Notes: generated by a model not told the origin, from the letters alone. Shown: positions 1 through 10,041, numbered from the stretch's first letter. The stretch is DNA of 64,000 nucleotides from Candidatus Omnitrophota bacterium (GCA_016190215.1 JACPRA010000027.1:6659-70658), one strand, 5' to 3'. Numbers and translations: made by a program.

Positions 1-405
1 ATTGTCTCGGATGCCGTGCGCCAGGTGGTGGCGGCGTTACCCGAAGATGCGTGGCTGACGAAGCTGGAATTTACGAAATCCGAAGCGCTGGAGGGGGTGT
101 TGGAAGGCCACGCGCGCTCCTTCCAAAGCGTGACCCGGCTGATCGAGCAGCTCAAGAGCGCGGGATCGTGGGCGGTCGTCAAACCGCTGGCCACGACGGT
201 CAGCACGGATGCCGCCACCGGCAACGAGCTGATTGATTTTACCGTGCAGATGCAATCGGTCCCGACGCTGGAGCCTCCGAAGAAGCCGACGATCGGCCGC
301 AGCCCCTCCCGCGCCCCCGCCGCCGCGCCGGCGGCGCGCTCGCGGCCCGGCGTCCGGCCTGCGCCGCGCCCCTCCCGTCCCGCCGCGACCCCGGAGCAGC
401 CGTGA
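1..405 (+). CDS. PilN/GspL-like pilus assembly protein, C-terminal part (5' end outside window)
   Basis: Frame is open from base 1. The layout resembles the C-terminal half of the PilN at 28812-29429, followed by a Pro/Ala/Arg-rich tail. The stop overlaps the next start (ATGA at 402-405). Confidence 0.5.
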   Translation: MVSDAVRQVVAALPEDAWLTKLEFTKSEALEGVLEGHARSFQSVTRLIEQLKSAGSWAVVKPLATTVSTDAATGNELIDFTVQMQSVPTLEPPKKPTIGRSPSRAPAAAPAARSRPGVRPAPRPSRPAATPEQP

Positions 406-1250
406 TGGCCTCCGACGCCCCTCGCCGTCCGGCGTCCTGGTCATGGGGGATCGCCATCCTCGCGGTCTTGGGGGCCATCGGCGGCTGGACCGCCTGGCGG
501 CTGCAGTTGCATGGGGTGGACGAGGCCATCACCCGCAAACGCGCCGCGCTGAAACAGCTGCAGTTGAAAGGCGTGCCGCCGGATCCGGAGGTGGTGGAAT
601 ATCTCCAGAGCCGCGGACTCGTGTTCGGCACCCAATATGAGGACCAGCTGGCCCGGCTCGCGCCGTCGCTGCCGGCGCCCGAGGGCCACACCAACGCGCA
701 ATTGTATTTCCAGGAGCGCGTGCATGACGTGCAGCAGACGTTGGAGCATCTGGCCACCGCGCAGGGCATGGAGCTGCCGGCGGTGCTCGGGCTGCCCAAG
801 GAGCTGCCGCCGGTGGATGCCGTGCCGAGGTTTCTCGCGCAACTGGGACTGATTGAAGACACCGCCACGCTGCTCTCCGCCGTGGACGGCATCGCGCTGG
901 TGCGCTCGTTTAAAGTGGAGGACCCGCAACCCGTGCCCCCGGCCGCCACCGAAGGCGCCGAGCTGTTTCTGTCGGCGGTGCCGGTGCGGATCCGCCTGAC
1001 CTGCTCGCTCCGGGCGGTCAGCCGGCTGCTGGGGGCGCTGGATCGGGCCGTCCCGCTCATGGATCTCCTGGCGGTCCGGATTGTGACAGTCCCTCCGGCG
1101 GTTGAGGATCCCGAAGCCCCGCCGGCCGCGGCGGTGCTGGATGCGGAGATCGTGGTGGCTCGCTATCAGGTGACGGCCCCGGAGACAGAGCCGGCGGCGG
1201 AGGAGGCGCCGGCGGCGCCGGCGAGCCGCAGCAAACGTCCAGCCTCATGA
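402..1250 (+). CDS. PilO/GspM-like inner-membrane pilus/T2SS assembly protein
   Basis: One N-terminal TM helix (WGIAILAVLGAIGGWTAW), then a coiled segment and a periplasmic domain. It sits between PilN-like and PilP-like genes upstream of secretins. Confidence 0.45.
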   Translation: MMASDAPRRPASWSWGIAILAVLGAIGGWTAWRLQLHGVDEAITRKRAALKQLQLKGVPPDPEVVEYLQSRGLVFGTQYEDQLARLAPSLPAPEGHTNAQLYFQERVHDVQQTLEHLATAQGMELPAVLGLPKELPPVDAVPRFLAQLGLIEDTATLLSAVDGIALVRSFKVEDPQPVPPAATEGAELFLSAVPVRIRLTCSLRAVSRLLGALDRAVPLMDLLAVRIVTVPPAVEDPEAPPAAAVLDAEIVVARYQVTAPETEPAAEEAPAAPASRSKRPAS

Positions 1251-1336
1251 TTCCCTCACGATATGTTCGGTGCTTGATTGACGAGTTACGAGTGGATAGA
1301 CTCCTGCACAGTGGGCGTGCTTTTTGTGACCTCCAC

Positions 1337-1364
1337 TTGTCACTTGTCACCTGTCACCTGTCAC
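1337..1364. repeat. Tandem heptamer array (YTGTCAC)x4
   Basis: TTGTCAC TTGTCAC CTGTCAC CTGTCAC, preceded by an inverted GTGAC at 1326-1330. Confidence 0.85.
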
Positions 1365-1380
1365 TCCGGCAGGTGGGGGG

Positions 1381-1908
1381 ATGAATCGGTCTCCCTGGGG
1401 CGTGGTTGTGTTGTCGCTCGTCTTGGCCGCGATGGCGTGGGCCAGTTGGCAATGGGAGTCGCGGCTGCCCCGGCAGGTTGCCTCGAGATCCCCCAACGCC
1501 GGCGAGTCGTTGCGGCTGGCGCTGAAGCAGTTTCCGCTGCCCACCCCGGCCGCGCCTGCGGACGAGGTGCCCGCGACGGAATGGGAAGGGGTCGTCAAAG
1601 CCAACCCGTTTTCGGCGGAGCGCTGGAAGACGCCGGAGGACATCCTCGAGGGTTCCGGGGTGCCCGCCGCTCCGCCGCCGCCGGCCCGGCCGGTCTTTGT
1701 CTATAAAGGCCGCATTCTCATGGGGAGCGCCCAGCGCGCGATTTTGGAAGAATCCGTCAGCAAGAAAACACATTTTCTTCAAGTCGGACAAGAGGTTGCA
1801 GGGTTCAAAGTGCTTGACATCTCCGAAACGCAAGTGGTACTATTGGAAACCTCAACCCAGCATGAGGTTGTGGTCTTTGTTGCGGCAAAACCTCAAAGTG
1901 CGCCCTAA
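1381..1908 (+). CDS. PilP/GspC-like small membrane-anchored protein
   Basis: N-terminal TM/signal anchor (VVVLSLVLAAMAWASW). The C-terminal beta-rich segment (KGRILMGSAQRAILEE...FKVLDISETQVVLLE) resembles the PilP-like protein at 30063-30509. It lies immediately upstream of a secretin. Confidence 0.4.
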   Translation: MNRSPWGVVVLSLVLAAMAWASWQWESRLPRQVASRSPNAGESLRLALKQFPLPTPAAPADEVPATEWEGVVKANPFSAERWKTPEDILEGSGVPAAPPPPARPVFVYKGRILMGSAQRAILEESVSKKTHFLQVGQEVAGFKVLDISETQVVLLETSTQHEVVVFVAAKPQSAP

Positions 1909-1945
1909 CGCGCGATGGCTGGAGTGAGCGGGGAGATTCACCATA

Positions 1946-4234
1946 GTGAACCGGCGGCGTCCGCTTATTATTCTCGCGCTCAGCGCAGGGGTGTGGGTCT
2001 ACGCGAGCAGCCTGCGCGCGTGGTCTGAGCCCCTCCACTTGCTTCGCCAGTCCTCCGAGCCCGAAGAGCTCCAGCTCTTGCGCGGCAGTCAGAACGACAA
2101 CGAGCCCTCGTCCTCCACAGCGTCTTCCCAATCCCAATCGCTTGACTCGATTACCAATCAAGTGATCGCCGAGAAAGCGGCGCAGCGCGCGCAGGATCGG
2201 ACCCAGCGCCAGCGCGCGCAGATGCGCGAGGCAGCGACGCGCATCGCGGTGCAAGTGGCCCAGGAAAAAGCGCGCCAGTTGGAACTCGCAGCGCGCGAAG
2301 CGCAGCGCCAATTGGCGCTGGCCCGGGAGCGCCAGCTCAAGTTCCTCTACAGCCAAGCGTTGTCGCTCTACCGCCGGGGCGCCTACCAGGACGCCATCGA
2401 ACAGCTCCAGCAGATGGCGTTGCTGGATCCCGCCCATCCACTCGTCAAGGCCGCCCAGCACCTGATGACGCAAGCGGAGGCCAAGCGGCTGGAGCAGCGC
2501 GGCCGCGCCCATGCGGCCCTGCCGCCCCAGCGCAAGGCCGCGCCGGCGGTGTCCGATCTGGAGCGGCTGCTGACCGAGAAGCGCATCGAGCAGGATACGT
2601 TGATGAAATACGCCAAGACCGCGATGAAAGAGCAGCGCCACGACATGGCGATGGAGCTGGCCTATCGGGTGCTCCATGGCGACCCGGAAAACCGGGCGGC
2701 GCAGCAGCTCGTGCATGAGGCCCAGCTGGCCAAGCTGAAAGATGACGACCAGACGCTGAAGCGGTCCGTAGAGCTGGATGAGGCCGAAATGATGAACGAC
2801 GTGTTGGAGCGGGAGCTGTTGACGCCGCCGGCCGCCTCGCCGCGCGGCATCGTGCCGGCCGCGCACGTCACCAGCGCGGCGGCGGAGCTCTCCGGACGGT
2901 TCACGCAGCCGATCAGCTGCGAGTTCCAGGACGTGCCGCTGGGCGACGTGCTCGATTTTCTGGGCGATGCCGCCAACGTCAGTCTCATCCCCTCGCCCCG
3001 GCTGGATTTGAAGGGCACGTTGGTGTCGCTCAAGGCCGACCGGCTGCCGTTTGAGCTGGCTTTGAAGTATCTCGCCAAGAGCGAAGGGCTGGCGTACCGC
3101 CAGGAAGACAGCGTCATCCTGATCTCCACGGAGGAAGAGCTGGCCAACGAGCCGCTGGAGACGCGCGTCTTTTTCCTGCGGGCCGGCCTCGGCCCGTTTG
3201 CGCTGGAGACCGCGGCCGTGGACTCCTCCGCTCCGCTGAAAATGGAATCCATCAAGGGCTTGATTGAGCAGACCATCACGCAGCCCTCCGGCGGCAAGCT
3301 GGTGATTGACGAGCGCAGCGGGTCGGTCATTATCACCAATACGGCGGAAAACCTGCGCAAAGTGGAGCGGCTGCTCAGCCGCATTGACACCACGCCGATC
3401 CAGGTGCTGATCGAATCCCGGTTCATCGAGCTGACCCTGACGGATTTGCAGCAGATGGGATTTGAATCCGTTCTGACCGGCGACTATCCCCTCAGCAAAG
3501 CCAAGACGAACACCCAAGGGGTGGAGGGTTTGGCAAACGAGCAGATCATCGGCAAGGGCGGCGGGTTTAAGTTTCCCGCGCTGGCTCGCGAGAGTGAAAG
3601 CCTGAACATCACCTTGCAGGGCGTGCTCACCGGCTTTCAGTTCGAATCGGTGCTGCACCTGCTGGAGGAAAACCAGAAGAGCAAGACCCTCTCCGCGCCC
3701 CGCGTGACGACGCTCAATCACCAGCCGGCCTCCATTAAAGTGGTGGATGAGTTCCGCTATCCGACGCGGTATGAGCTCTCCCTCGTGCAGTTCGACGCCA
3801 ACGGCGACGGCGATTTCGACGATGCGGGCGAGGCGGAGTTCGTCAACGTGCCCCAGGACTTTCAAAAGCGCGACGTCGGCATCCTGCTGAACGTCACACC
3901 CAGCGTCGGGGACGATTTGAAGACCGTGACCTTGGTGCTGGCCCCGGAGGTCAGCTCCTTCAGCCAGTTCCGCGATTTGGGCGGGGGTGTCACCGTGCCG
4001 GAGTTCACCTCCAGCCAATTGACCACCAGCGTCGTGATCCAGGACGGCGAAACCGTCGTGCTCGGCGGCTTGATCAAAGACAGCCGTTCCGAGCAGCTCA
4101 CCAAGGTGCCGCTGCTGGGCGATCTGCCCCTCGTCGGCGGCCTCTTCCGCCAGACGGAAGAATCCCAAACCCGCAAGAACCTCCTCATTTTTGTGACGGC
4201 GCGGATCCTGGCTCCGCGCGGCCCCACGATTTAG
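1946..4234 (+). CDS. Secretin (GspD/PilQ family) with long N-terminal coiled-coil/TPR-like extension
   Basis: C-terminal secretin domain motifs (TLSAPRVTTLNHQPASIKVV, ILLNVTPSVG, VVLGGLIKD, VPLLGDLPLVGGLFR, NLLIFVTARIL). The N-terminal ~280 aa is Q/R/A-rich helical with TPR-like segments (YRRGAYQDAIEQLQQMALLDP). Confidence 0.85.
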   Translation: MNRRRPLIILALSAGVWVYASSLRAWSEPLHLLRQSSEPEELQLLRGSQNDNEPSSSTASSQSQSLDSITNQVIAEKAAQRAQDRTQRQRAQMREAATRIAVQVAQEKARQLELAAREAQRQLALARERQLKFLYSQALSLYRRGAYQDAIEQLQQMALLDPAHPLVKAAQHLMTQAEAKRLEQRGRAHAALPPQRKAAPAVSDLERLLTEKRIEQDTLMKYAKTAMKEQRHDMAMELAYRVLHGDPENRAAQQLVHEAQLAKLKDDDQTLKRSVELDEAEMMNDVLERELLTPPAASPRGIVPAAHVTSAAAELSGRFTQPISCEFQDVPLGDVLDFLGDAANVSLIPSPRLDLKGTLVSLKADRLPFELALKYLAKSEGLAYRQEDSVILISTEEELANEPLETRVFFLRAGLGPFALETAAVDSSAPLKMESIKGLIEQTITQPSGGKLVIDERSGSVIITNTAENLRKVERLLSRIDTTPIQVLIESRFIELTLTDLQQMGFESVLTGDYPLSKAKTNTQGVEGLANEQIIGKGGGFKFPALARESESLNITLQGVLTGFQFESVLHLLEENQKSKTLSAPRVTTLNHQPASIKVVDEFRYPTRYELSLVQFDANGDGDFDDAGEAEFVNVPQDFQKRDVGILLNVTPSVGDDLKTVTLVLAPEVSSFSQFRDLGGGVTVPEFTSSQLTTSVVIQDGETVVLGGLIKDSRSEQLTKVPLLGDLPLVGGLFRQTEESQTRKNLLIFVTARILAPRGPTI

Positions 4235-4237
4235 CCC

Positions 4238-5734
4238 ATGCGTCGCCTGTATGCCGGCGTGGGATGCCTCCTGGTTCTCCTCTGCTGCGCCGCTCCGACG
4301 CAGGCCGCCACGACGCTGGTGTCGGAACGCCTGCAGCAGCCGCTGACCGCCAAGCTCCGGGAAGTGGATTTTGAATCCGCGATGAACTTCCTGGCGGAGG
4401 CGGCCGGCATCACGATCGTCCTCTCCCCCAAAGCCAAAGAGGTGGCCCAGCCGATCTCGGTGCATCTGGTGGAGATCCCCTTGCAGCGGGCGCTGGATTA
4501 CCTGGTCAAAGGGCAGAATCTCGTCTACCGTGTTGAGGACACGGCGATTTTTGTCTCAACCCTCGATGAGATGGAAGCCGAGCCGCTGGAAACGCGCATC
4601 TTCCCTCTGAAGCGAGGCATGGGCCTCTTTGCGGATTTCGAGCCGATCCAGGACACGCGGGACAGCGTCGCCCTGCAGTCGGTGGGGCTGCGCAAGCTGC
4701 GGACCATCAAGGACGTGCTGGAGCAGACCATCCCGCAGGTGGAATCCAGCTCGTTCCTGCTGGATGAGCGCACCGGCGCCTTGATCGTGACCCATGTGCC
4801 GTTCTACCTGGGGAAGACCGAGGAGCTGCTGCTCGCGCTGGACGTGCTGCCGCTGGAGGTCCGCATCGAGGCGCGGTTCGTCGAATTGACCGTGACGAAC
4901 ACGGACGAGTGGTCCCTCGACGCGCAGCTCACCGGCAATGCGGCGCTGATCACGGGCGTTGACCGCGACGGCACGACAAAGAGCCCGGCGATCCAGCTCT
5001 CCTCCGTTGGCACGGATCTGCGCCGGGGCACGAAGATTGATTTCACGGATTTTTCACGCTCCGGCGAAGCGCTCAACTTGACCCTGCAGGGCGTGCTGAC
5101 CGGCACGCAGTATTCCTCCGTGCTGCACGCGCTGTCGGAAACCAAGAAAGCCAAGACCCTCTCGTCGCCGCAGGTGACGACCCTGAACAACCAAACGGCC
5201 ACCATCAAGGTGGTGACCGAGTTCGTCTACGCCTCCCGCTATGAGGCCTCGGTGAAGCGGGAAGACTTGAACGGGGACGGCAAGTTCGATGCGACGGTCA
5301 ACGGCGTGCGGGAGACGCGGTTCGTCAACGTGCCGCAAGATTTCGTGACGAAGGATTTGGGCATCCTCCTGAACGTGACGCCGAGCATCGGGCATGACCT
5401 GCGGACCGTGACGCTGGCCTTGAAGCCGGAAGTGAGCGAGAAGAAGACCGACGACACCTTCGCCGGCGAGATCAAGCTGCCGCGGTTCACCTCCCGCTAC
5501 CTGACCAGCAGTGTCGTGATCGAGGACGGCGAAACCGTCGTGCTGGGCGGGCTGATGAAAGACACCACCACCAACGTGCTGACCAAGGTCCCCCTGCTCA
5601 GCAGCATCCCGGTCATCGGCAAAGCGTTTCAGAAGCGCTCGAGCGCGGTGGAGCGGTCCAATCTCGTCATCTTCGTGACGGCGCACGTCGTCAAGCCCAG
5701 CCCGCAATTGGCGCAGTCGTCCCCGGACCGATGA
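4238..5734 (+). CDS. Secretin (GspD/PilQ family), paralogue of the upstream gene
   Basis: Signal peptide (LLVLLCCAAPTQA). Same secretin motifs as the upstream gene (TLSSPQVTTLNNQTATIKVV, ILLNVTPSIG, VVLGGLMKD, VPLLSSIPVIGKAF, NLVIFVTAHVV). It starts 4 nt after the previous stop. Confidence 0.85.
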   Translation: MRRLYAGVGCLLVLLCCAAPTQAATTLVSERLQQPLTAKLREVDFESAMNFLAEAAGITIVLSPKAKEVAQPISVHLVEIPLQRALDYLVKGQNLVYRVEDTAIFVSTLDEMEAEPLETRIFPLKRGMGLFADFEPIQDTRDSVALQSVGLRKLRTIKDVLEQTIPQVESSSFLLDERTGALIVTHVPFYLGKTEELLLALDVLPLEVRIEARFVELTVTNTDEWSLDAQLTGNAALITGVDRDGTTKSPAIQLSSVGTDLRRGTKIDFTDFSRSGEALNLTLQGVLTGTQYSSVLHALSETKKAKTLSSPQVTTLNNQTATIKVVTEFVYASRYEASVKREDLNGDGKFDATVNGVRETRFVNVPQDFVTKDLGILLNVTPSIGHDLRTVTLALKPEVSEKKTDDTFAGEIKLPRFTSRYLTSSVVIEDGETVVLGGLMKDTTTNVLTKVPLLSSIPVIGKAFQKRSSAVERSNLVIFVTAHVVKPSPQLAQSSPDR

Positions 5735-6744
5735 GCGCCGGTAAAACGCGCATTGCCGAGGTGGCCCGGGCGGCCAAGGTGTCCACGACGACGGTGTCCC
5801 GCGTCCTCAACAACGTGCCGACGGTGGATGAGGCCAACCGGCGGCGCGTGTTGGCGGCCATCAAGCGGCTGCGCTACCGTCCGAACGCCAATGCCCAGCG
5901 CTTGGCCGCCGGCCGCAACAACACGATGGCCCTCGTCATCCCGCGGTTTGCGGACATGTTCCGCTCCTTCCACGTCATGGAGATGCTCAAGGGGGTTGGG
6001 ACGGCTGCCGACCGCCTCCATGTGGATTTGCTGCTGCATGTGACGGATGGGCGCGGGTTCCCCAATGTGGGCGCGGCGGCGGGCATCCTGTTCGCGGACA
6101 TTGACGGCAATGAAGAGCAGCTCGACTGGGCGCTGCAGCAGGGCATCCCCTCGATCGTCATGTATCAGTTCCTCGAGGATTTACCGGTCAGTTGCGTCGC
6201 CGTGGACAACCGGGCGGCCGTGGAGAATGTGGTGGCCTATCTGGTGAAGCTGGGGCATCGCGAGATTGCGACGATCACCGGGCACCTGCGCACGTCCATC
6301 GGCATCGAGCGGTTGGATGGCTATCTGAAGGCCATGCAAGCCCGCCAGCTCGAGGTCAAGCCGCACTACGTCCAGCATGGCGATTACACCGGCGCGTCCG
6401 CGCGGCCGCTGGCCAAACGGCTCCTGGCGCATGAGGATCGCCCGACCGCCGTGGTGGCGGCGAGCGATGAGATGGCCGTCGCGGTCATTGACACCGCGAT
6501 GGAGATGGGATTGCGGGTCCCGGAGGACCTGTCGGTCGTCGGATTCGATGACAGCCCGATCGCGAAATTCTCCAAAGTGCCGCTGACGACCGTGTGGCAG
6601 CCGATGAGCGATGTCGCGGAACGATCGGTCGAGATTTTGCGCGGGAGACTCTCCGGGTCGTCGCGTCGTCCGGTCAAAGAGCGATTGGGCACCCGGCTGG
6701 TGGAACGGCAATCCTGCCGCCAGACCTGGCTCGATCCATCCTAA
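5731..6744 (+). CDS. LacI-family transcriptional regulator
   Basis: N-terminal HTH (IAEVARAAKVSTTTVSRVLNN) plus a periplasmic-binding-protein-like sugar-binding fold. The start overlaps the secretin stop (ATGA). Confidence 0.85.
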   Translation: MSAGKTRIAEVARAAKVSTTTVSRVLNNVPTVDEANRRRVLAAIKRLRYRPNANAQRLAAGRNNTMALVIPRFADMFRSFHVMEMLKGVGTAADRLHVDLLLHVTDGRGFPNVGAAAGILFADIDGNEEQLDWALQQGIPSIVMYQFLEDLPVSCVAVDNRAAVENVVAYLVKLGHREIATITGHLRTSIGIERLDGYLKAMQARQLEVKPHYVQHGDYTGASARPLAKRLLAHEDRPTAVVAASDEMAVAVIDTAMEMGLRVPEDLSVVGFDDSPIAKFSKVPLTTVWQPMSDVAERSVEILRGRLSGSSRRPVKERLGTRLVERQSCRQTWLDPS

Positions 6745-6766
6745 CGTTGCGTAGAGGAGGTTGGTG

Positions 6767-7747
6767 ATGACGTGGTCGCTGGAACGTCCGATTCGGGTCG
6801 CGGTCTTGGGAGCCGGCGGGCTCGGGCGCGCGGCATGCCGGCTGATCAGCGCCAAGCGCGAGCTGCAACTGACGGCCATCTGCGACAGCAAGAGCGCCCT
6901 GGCCTCGCCTGAGGGTTTGGACAGCCGCTCGCTCGGCGCGGGAGCCGGCGAGCTGGGAGCGAGCCGGTGCGACGACCCCATCGGCGCCGTGCTGGGGCAC
7001 GCGGCCTGGTTTGACGCGCTGCTGGTCACGCTGCCCAACATGCCCAACGAATTCATTCCGGGCGTGGTGGGCCGAGCTATCGACGCCGCGCCCGGCGTCG
7101 TGTGCGTAGACGTGCTCAAGCGGACCCGGGCGGTCGAGCTGATGTACGAGCTCGAGGCCGGCGCCAAGCGGACGCAGAGCGTGGTCCTCACCGGCTGCGG
7201 CGCAACCCCCGGGCTCCTCAGCGCGGCCGCGGTCTTGGCGGCGCAATCGTTTATCGAAGTCGAGCGGGTGGATATTTGGTGGGGGGTCGGCATCGCCAAT
7301 TGGGAGGCCTACAAAGCCACGATTCGGGAAGACATCGCGCACTTGCCGGGCTACACGGTGGAGCGCGCCAAGGCCATGACCGACGCCGACGTGGACGCCT
7401 TGCTGGAACGGACGAACGGGCTGTTGGAGCTGCGCCACATGGAGCATGCCGACGATGTGCTGCTGGAGCGGGTGGGCGTGGTCCAGTCGCAGGATCAAGT
7501 CGAGGTCGGCGGCGTGATGGACACGCGCCATCCCAAGAAACCCGTCTCCACCACGATGACGTTGACCGGCATTACCCTGGACGGCAAGCGCGCGTCGCAT
7601 CGGTTTATCCTCGGCGATGACACCACCATGGCCGCCAACGTGCTTGGCCCCGCGCTCGGTTATCTGAAGCGGGGCATCTGGATGAAGCAGCACGGCCTCT
7701 GCGGGGTGTTCGGTTCGACCGAGTTCCTGCCGATGGTCGTGCGCTAA
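6767..7747 (+). CDS. NAD(P)-binding Rossmann oxidoreductase (saccharopine-dehydrogenase-like); candidate BioU-type bioA substitute
   Basis: GxGxxG motif (IRVAVLGAGGLG). GAGGAGG lies 6 nt upstream of the ATG at 6767; the track start at 6761 is TTG. The gene is directly upstream of bioF-bioD, and no bioA is present in the cluster. Confidence 0.5.
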   Translation: MTWSLERPIRVAVLGAGGLGRAACRLISAKRELQLTAICDSKSALASPEGLDSRSLGAGAGELGASRCDDPIGAVLGHAAWFDALLVTLPNMPNEFIPGVVGRAIDAAPGVVCVDVLKRTRAVELMYELEAGAKRTQSVVLTGCGATPGLLSAAAVLAAQSFIEVERVDIWWGVGIANWEAYKATIREDIAHLPGYTVERAKAMTDADVDALLERTNGLLELRHMEHADDVLLERVGVVQSQDQVEVGGVMDTRHPKKPVSTTMTLTGITLDGKRASHRFILGDDTTMAANVLGPALGYLKRGIWMKQHGLCGVFGSTEFLPMVVR

Positions 7748-7776
7748 CCCCGTCCACCTCCCCTGGTGCGCGGTTC

Positions 7777-8967
7777 ATGACGCCGCCCTCCGCGCTGCCG
7801 GAGCTGCTGGCCCTCTTGGAGCAGGAGGTGCGGCAGCTGCAGTCGCGCCGGCTCCTCAGAACGCTGACCACCGTGGAGGCCTGCGACGGCCCCCATCTCA
7901 CCATCGGCGGCCGCGCCCTCGTGGCGTGGTGCACCAACGACTACCTCGGGCTGTCCTGCCATCCGCGCGTCATTGAGGCTGCCTGCGACGCGGCGCGCTG
8001 CTGGGGCGTGGGGGCGCGCGCCTCGCGATTACTGGCCGGCTCCACAGCGGTGCATGCCGCGCTGGAGCGCCATCTCGCATCGTTCTTCCGTGCGCAGGAC
8101 GCCATCGTGTTTCCCACCGGATACCTGGCGAACGTGGGGGCGCTCTCCGCGCTCGCGGGACCTGCGGATGTGGTGGTGGCCGACCGGCTCTGCCACGCGA
8201 GCCTGATTGATGCGTGCCGGGCCTCGGGTGCCGTGTTGCGCGTGTTCCGCCATCAGGATGCCGGACACCTCGCGTCCGTCCTGGCCCGATACCCCTCGGC
8301 CCGCCGCCGGTTCATCGTGACGGAGGGTATCTTCAGCATGGAAGGCGATGCCGCGCCGCTGCGGGAGCTCGTTGAGGCGGCGGAGCGCCATCAGGCGGTC
8401 GTGTATCTCGATGATGCGCACGGCGCGTTCGCCGTCGGGCCCACCGGGCGCGGCAGCCCGGAACACGCCGGGGTGCCGCACGATCGCGTGATCTACATGG
8501 GGACGCTGGGCAAGGCGTTGGGATGCCAGGGCGGATTTGTGGTCGGGCCGACACCGCTGGTCTCCGTGCTGCGCACGCGGGCGCGGACCTTCATCTACAC
8601 CACGGCGCTGGCGGTGCCGGTGGCGGCCGCGGCCGACGCGGCGCTGTCGGTGGTGGAGCAGGACCCCTCGGCGCGGGAGCGCCTCACCCGCAACGTCCTC
8701 GATGTGCGGGCGCGCCTGGCGGCGGCGGCCCTGCCGGTGTTGCCGCAGGGCAGCCATATCGTGCCGGTTCGATTGGGCTCGACCGAGCGGGCCTGCCGCG
8801 TGGCCCAGGCATTGGTCGAGCGCGGCCTCTATGCGCCGGCGATTCGTCCTCCCACGGTGCCGCAGGGCACCGCGCGGCTGCGGATCAGCATCAGCGCGCT
8901 GCATGCGCCGGGCGATGTGGCGCGCTTGGCCGACGTCCTCCAGGCGTGCCTAAGGGAAGATCCTTGA
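7777..8967 (+). CDS. bioF: 8-amino-7-oxononanoate synthase
   Basis: Class II aminotransferase fold with a PLP-lysine context (GTLGKALG). Followed by bioD. Confidence 0.85.
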   Translation: MTPPSALPELLALLEQEVRQLQSRRLLRTLTTVEACDGPHLTIGGRALVAWCTNDYLGLSCHPRVIEAACDAARCWGVGARASRLLAGSTAVHAALERHLASFFRAQDAIVFPTGYLANVGALSALAGPADVVVADRLCHASLIDACRASGAVLRVFRHQDAGHLASVLARYPSARRRFIVTEGIFSMEGDAAPLRELVEAAERHQAVVYLDDAHGAFAVGPTGRGSPEHAGVPHDRVIYMGTLGKALGCQGGFVVGPTPLVSVLRTRARTFIYTTALAVPVAAAADAALSVVEQDPSARERLTRNVLDVRARLAAAALPVLPQGSHIVPVRLGSTERACRVAQALVERGLYAPAIRPPTVPQGTARLRISISALHAPGDVARLADVLQACLREDP

Positions 8968-9837
<870 letters not shown>

Positions 9838-9869
9838 CGCATCAATTTTCCGCCGCTCTCCCCCCATTA

Positions 9870-9951
9870 CAACCATTCAACGGGTGACGCGAAGTGGGGG
9901 CCCCCGCCGTCCCGGCGGGGTCACGAAGCGGCAGGACCCGTTGAATGGTTG
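9870..9951. repeat. GC-rich palindromic element, copy A (conserved core, private arms)
   Basis: 16-nt arms CAACCATTCAACGGGT / ACCCGTTGAATGGTTG enclose a core that contains the CCCCGCCG-tcc-CGGCGGGG hairpin. Confidence 0.75.
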
Positions 9952-9970
9952 CTCCCTATCTCCAAATCCA

Positions 9971-10000
9971 TTGACATCAATCGAATAGCTATGGTAGAGT
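9971..10000 (+). promoter_or_regulatory. Sigma70-type promoter (TTGACA-18 nt-TAGAGT) for the coiled-coil gene
   Basis: Read directly from the sequence. It lies 20 nt downstream of palindromic element A. Confidence 0.4.
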
Positions 10001-10041
10001 CAGCCGATTCTCACCCCCATCATGAGGAGGCCGTAACCCGC

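Noticed and set aside
1297-1325. Weak promoter (TTGATT-17-TAGACT at 1274-1302) and weak terminator (GCAC...GTGC TTTTT at about 1306-1325) in the PilO-like/PilP-like gap.
   Set aside because: The stem is only 4-5 bp, and both the -35 and -10 are poor matches. This is not strong enough to report as features.
1805-4465. 886-aa minus-strand ORF antisense to the secretin genes. Similar long antisense or alternate-frame ORFs occur at 14375-16387, 52418-54391, 58494-60335, 49141-50346, 43822-45174, 24287-25885 and 34990-36297, among others.
   Set aside because: They overlap confidently identified + strand genes. Their translations are Arg/Gly/Ala/Pro-rich low-complexity sequence, typical of stop-codon-poor frames in high-GC DNA. 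No recognisable motifs are present.
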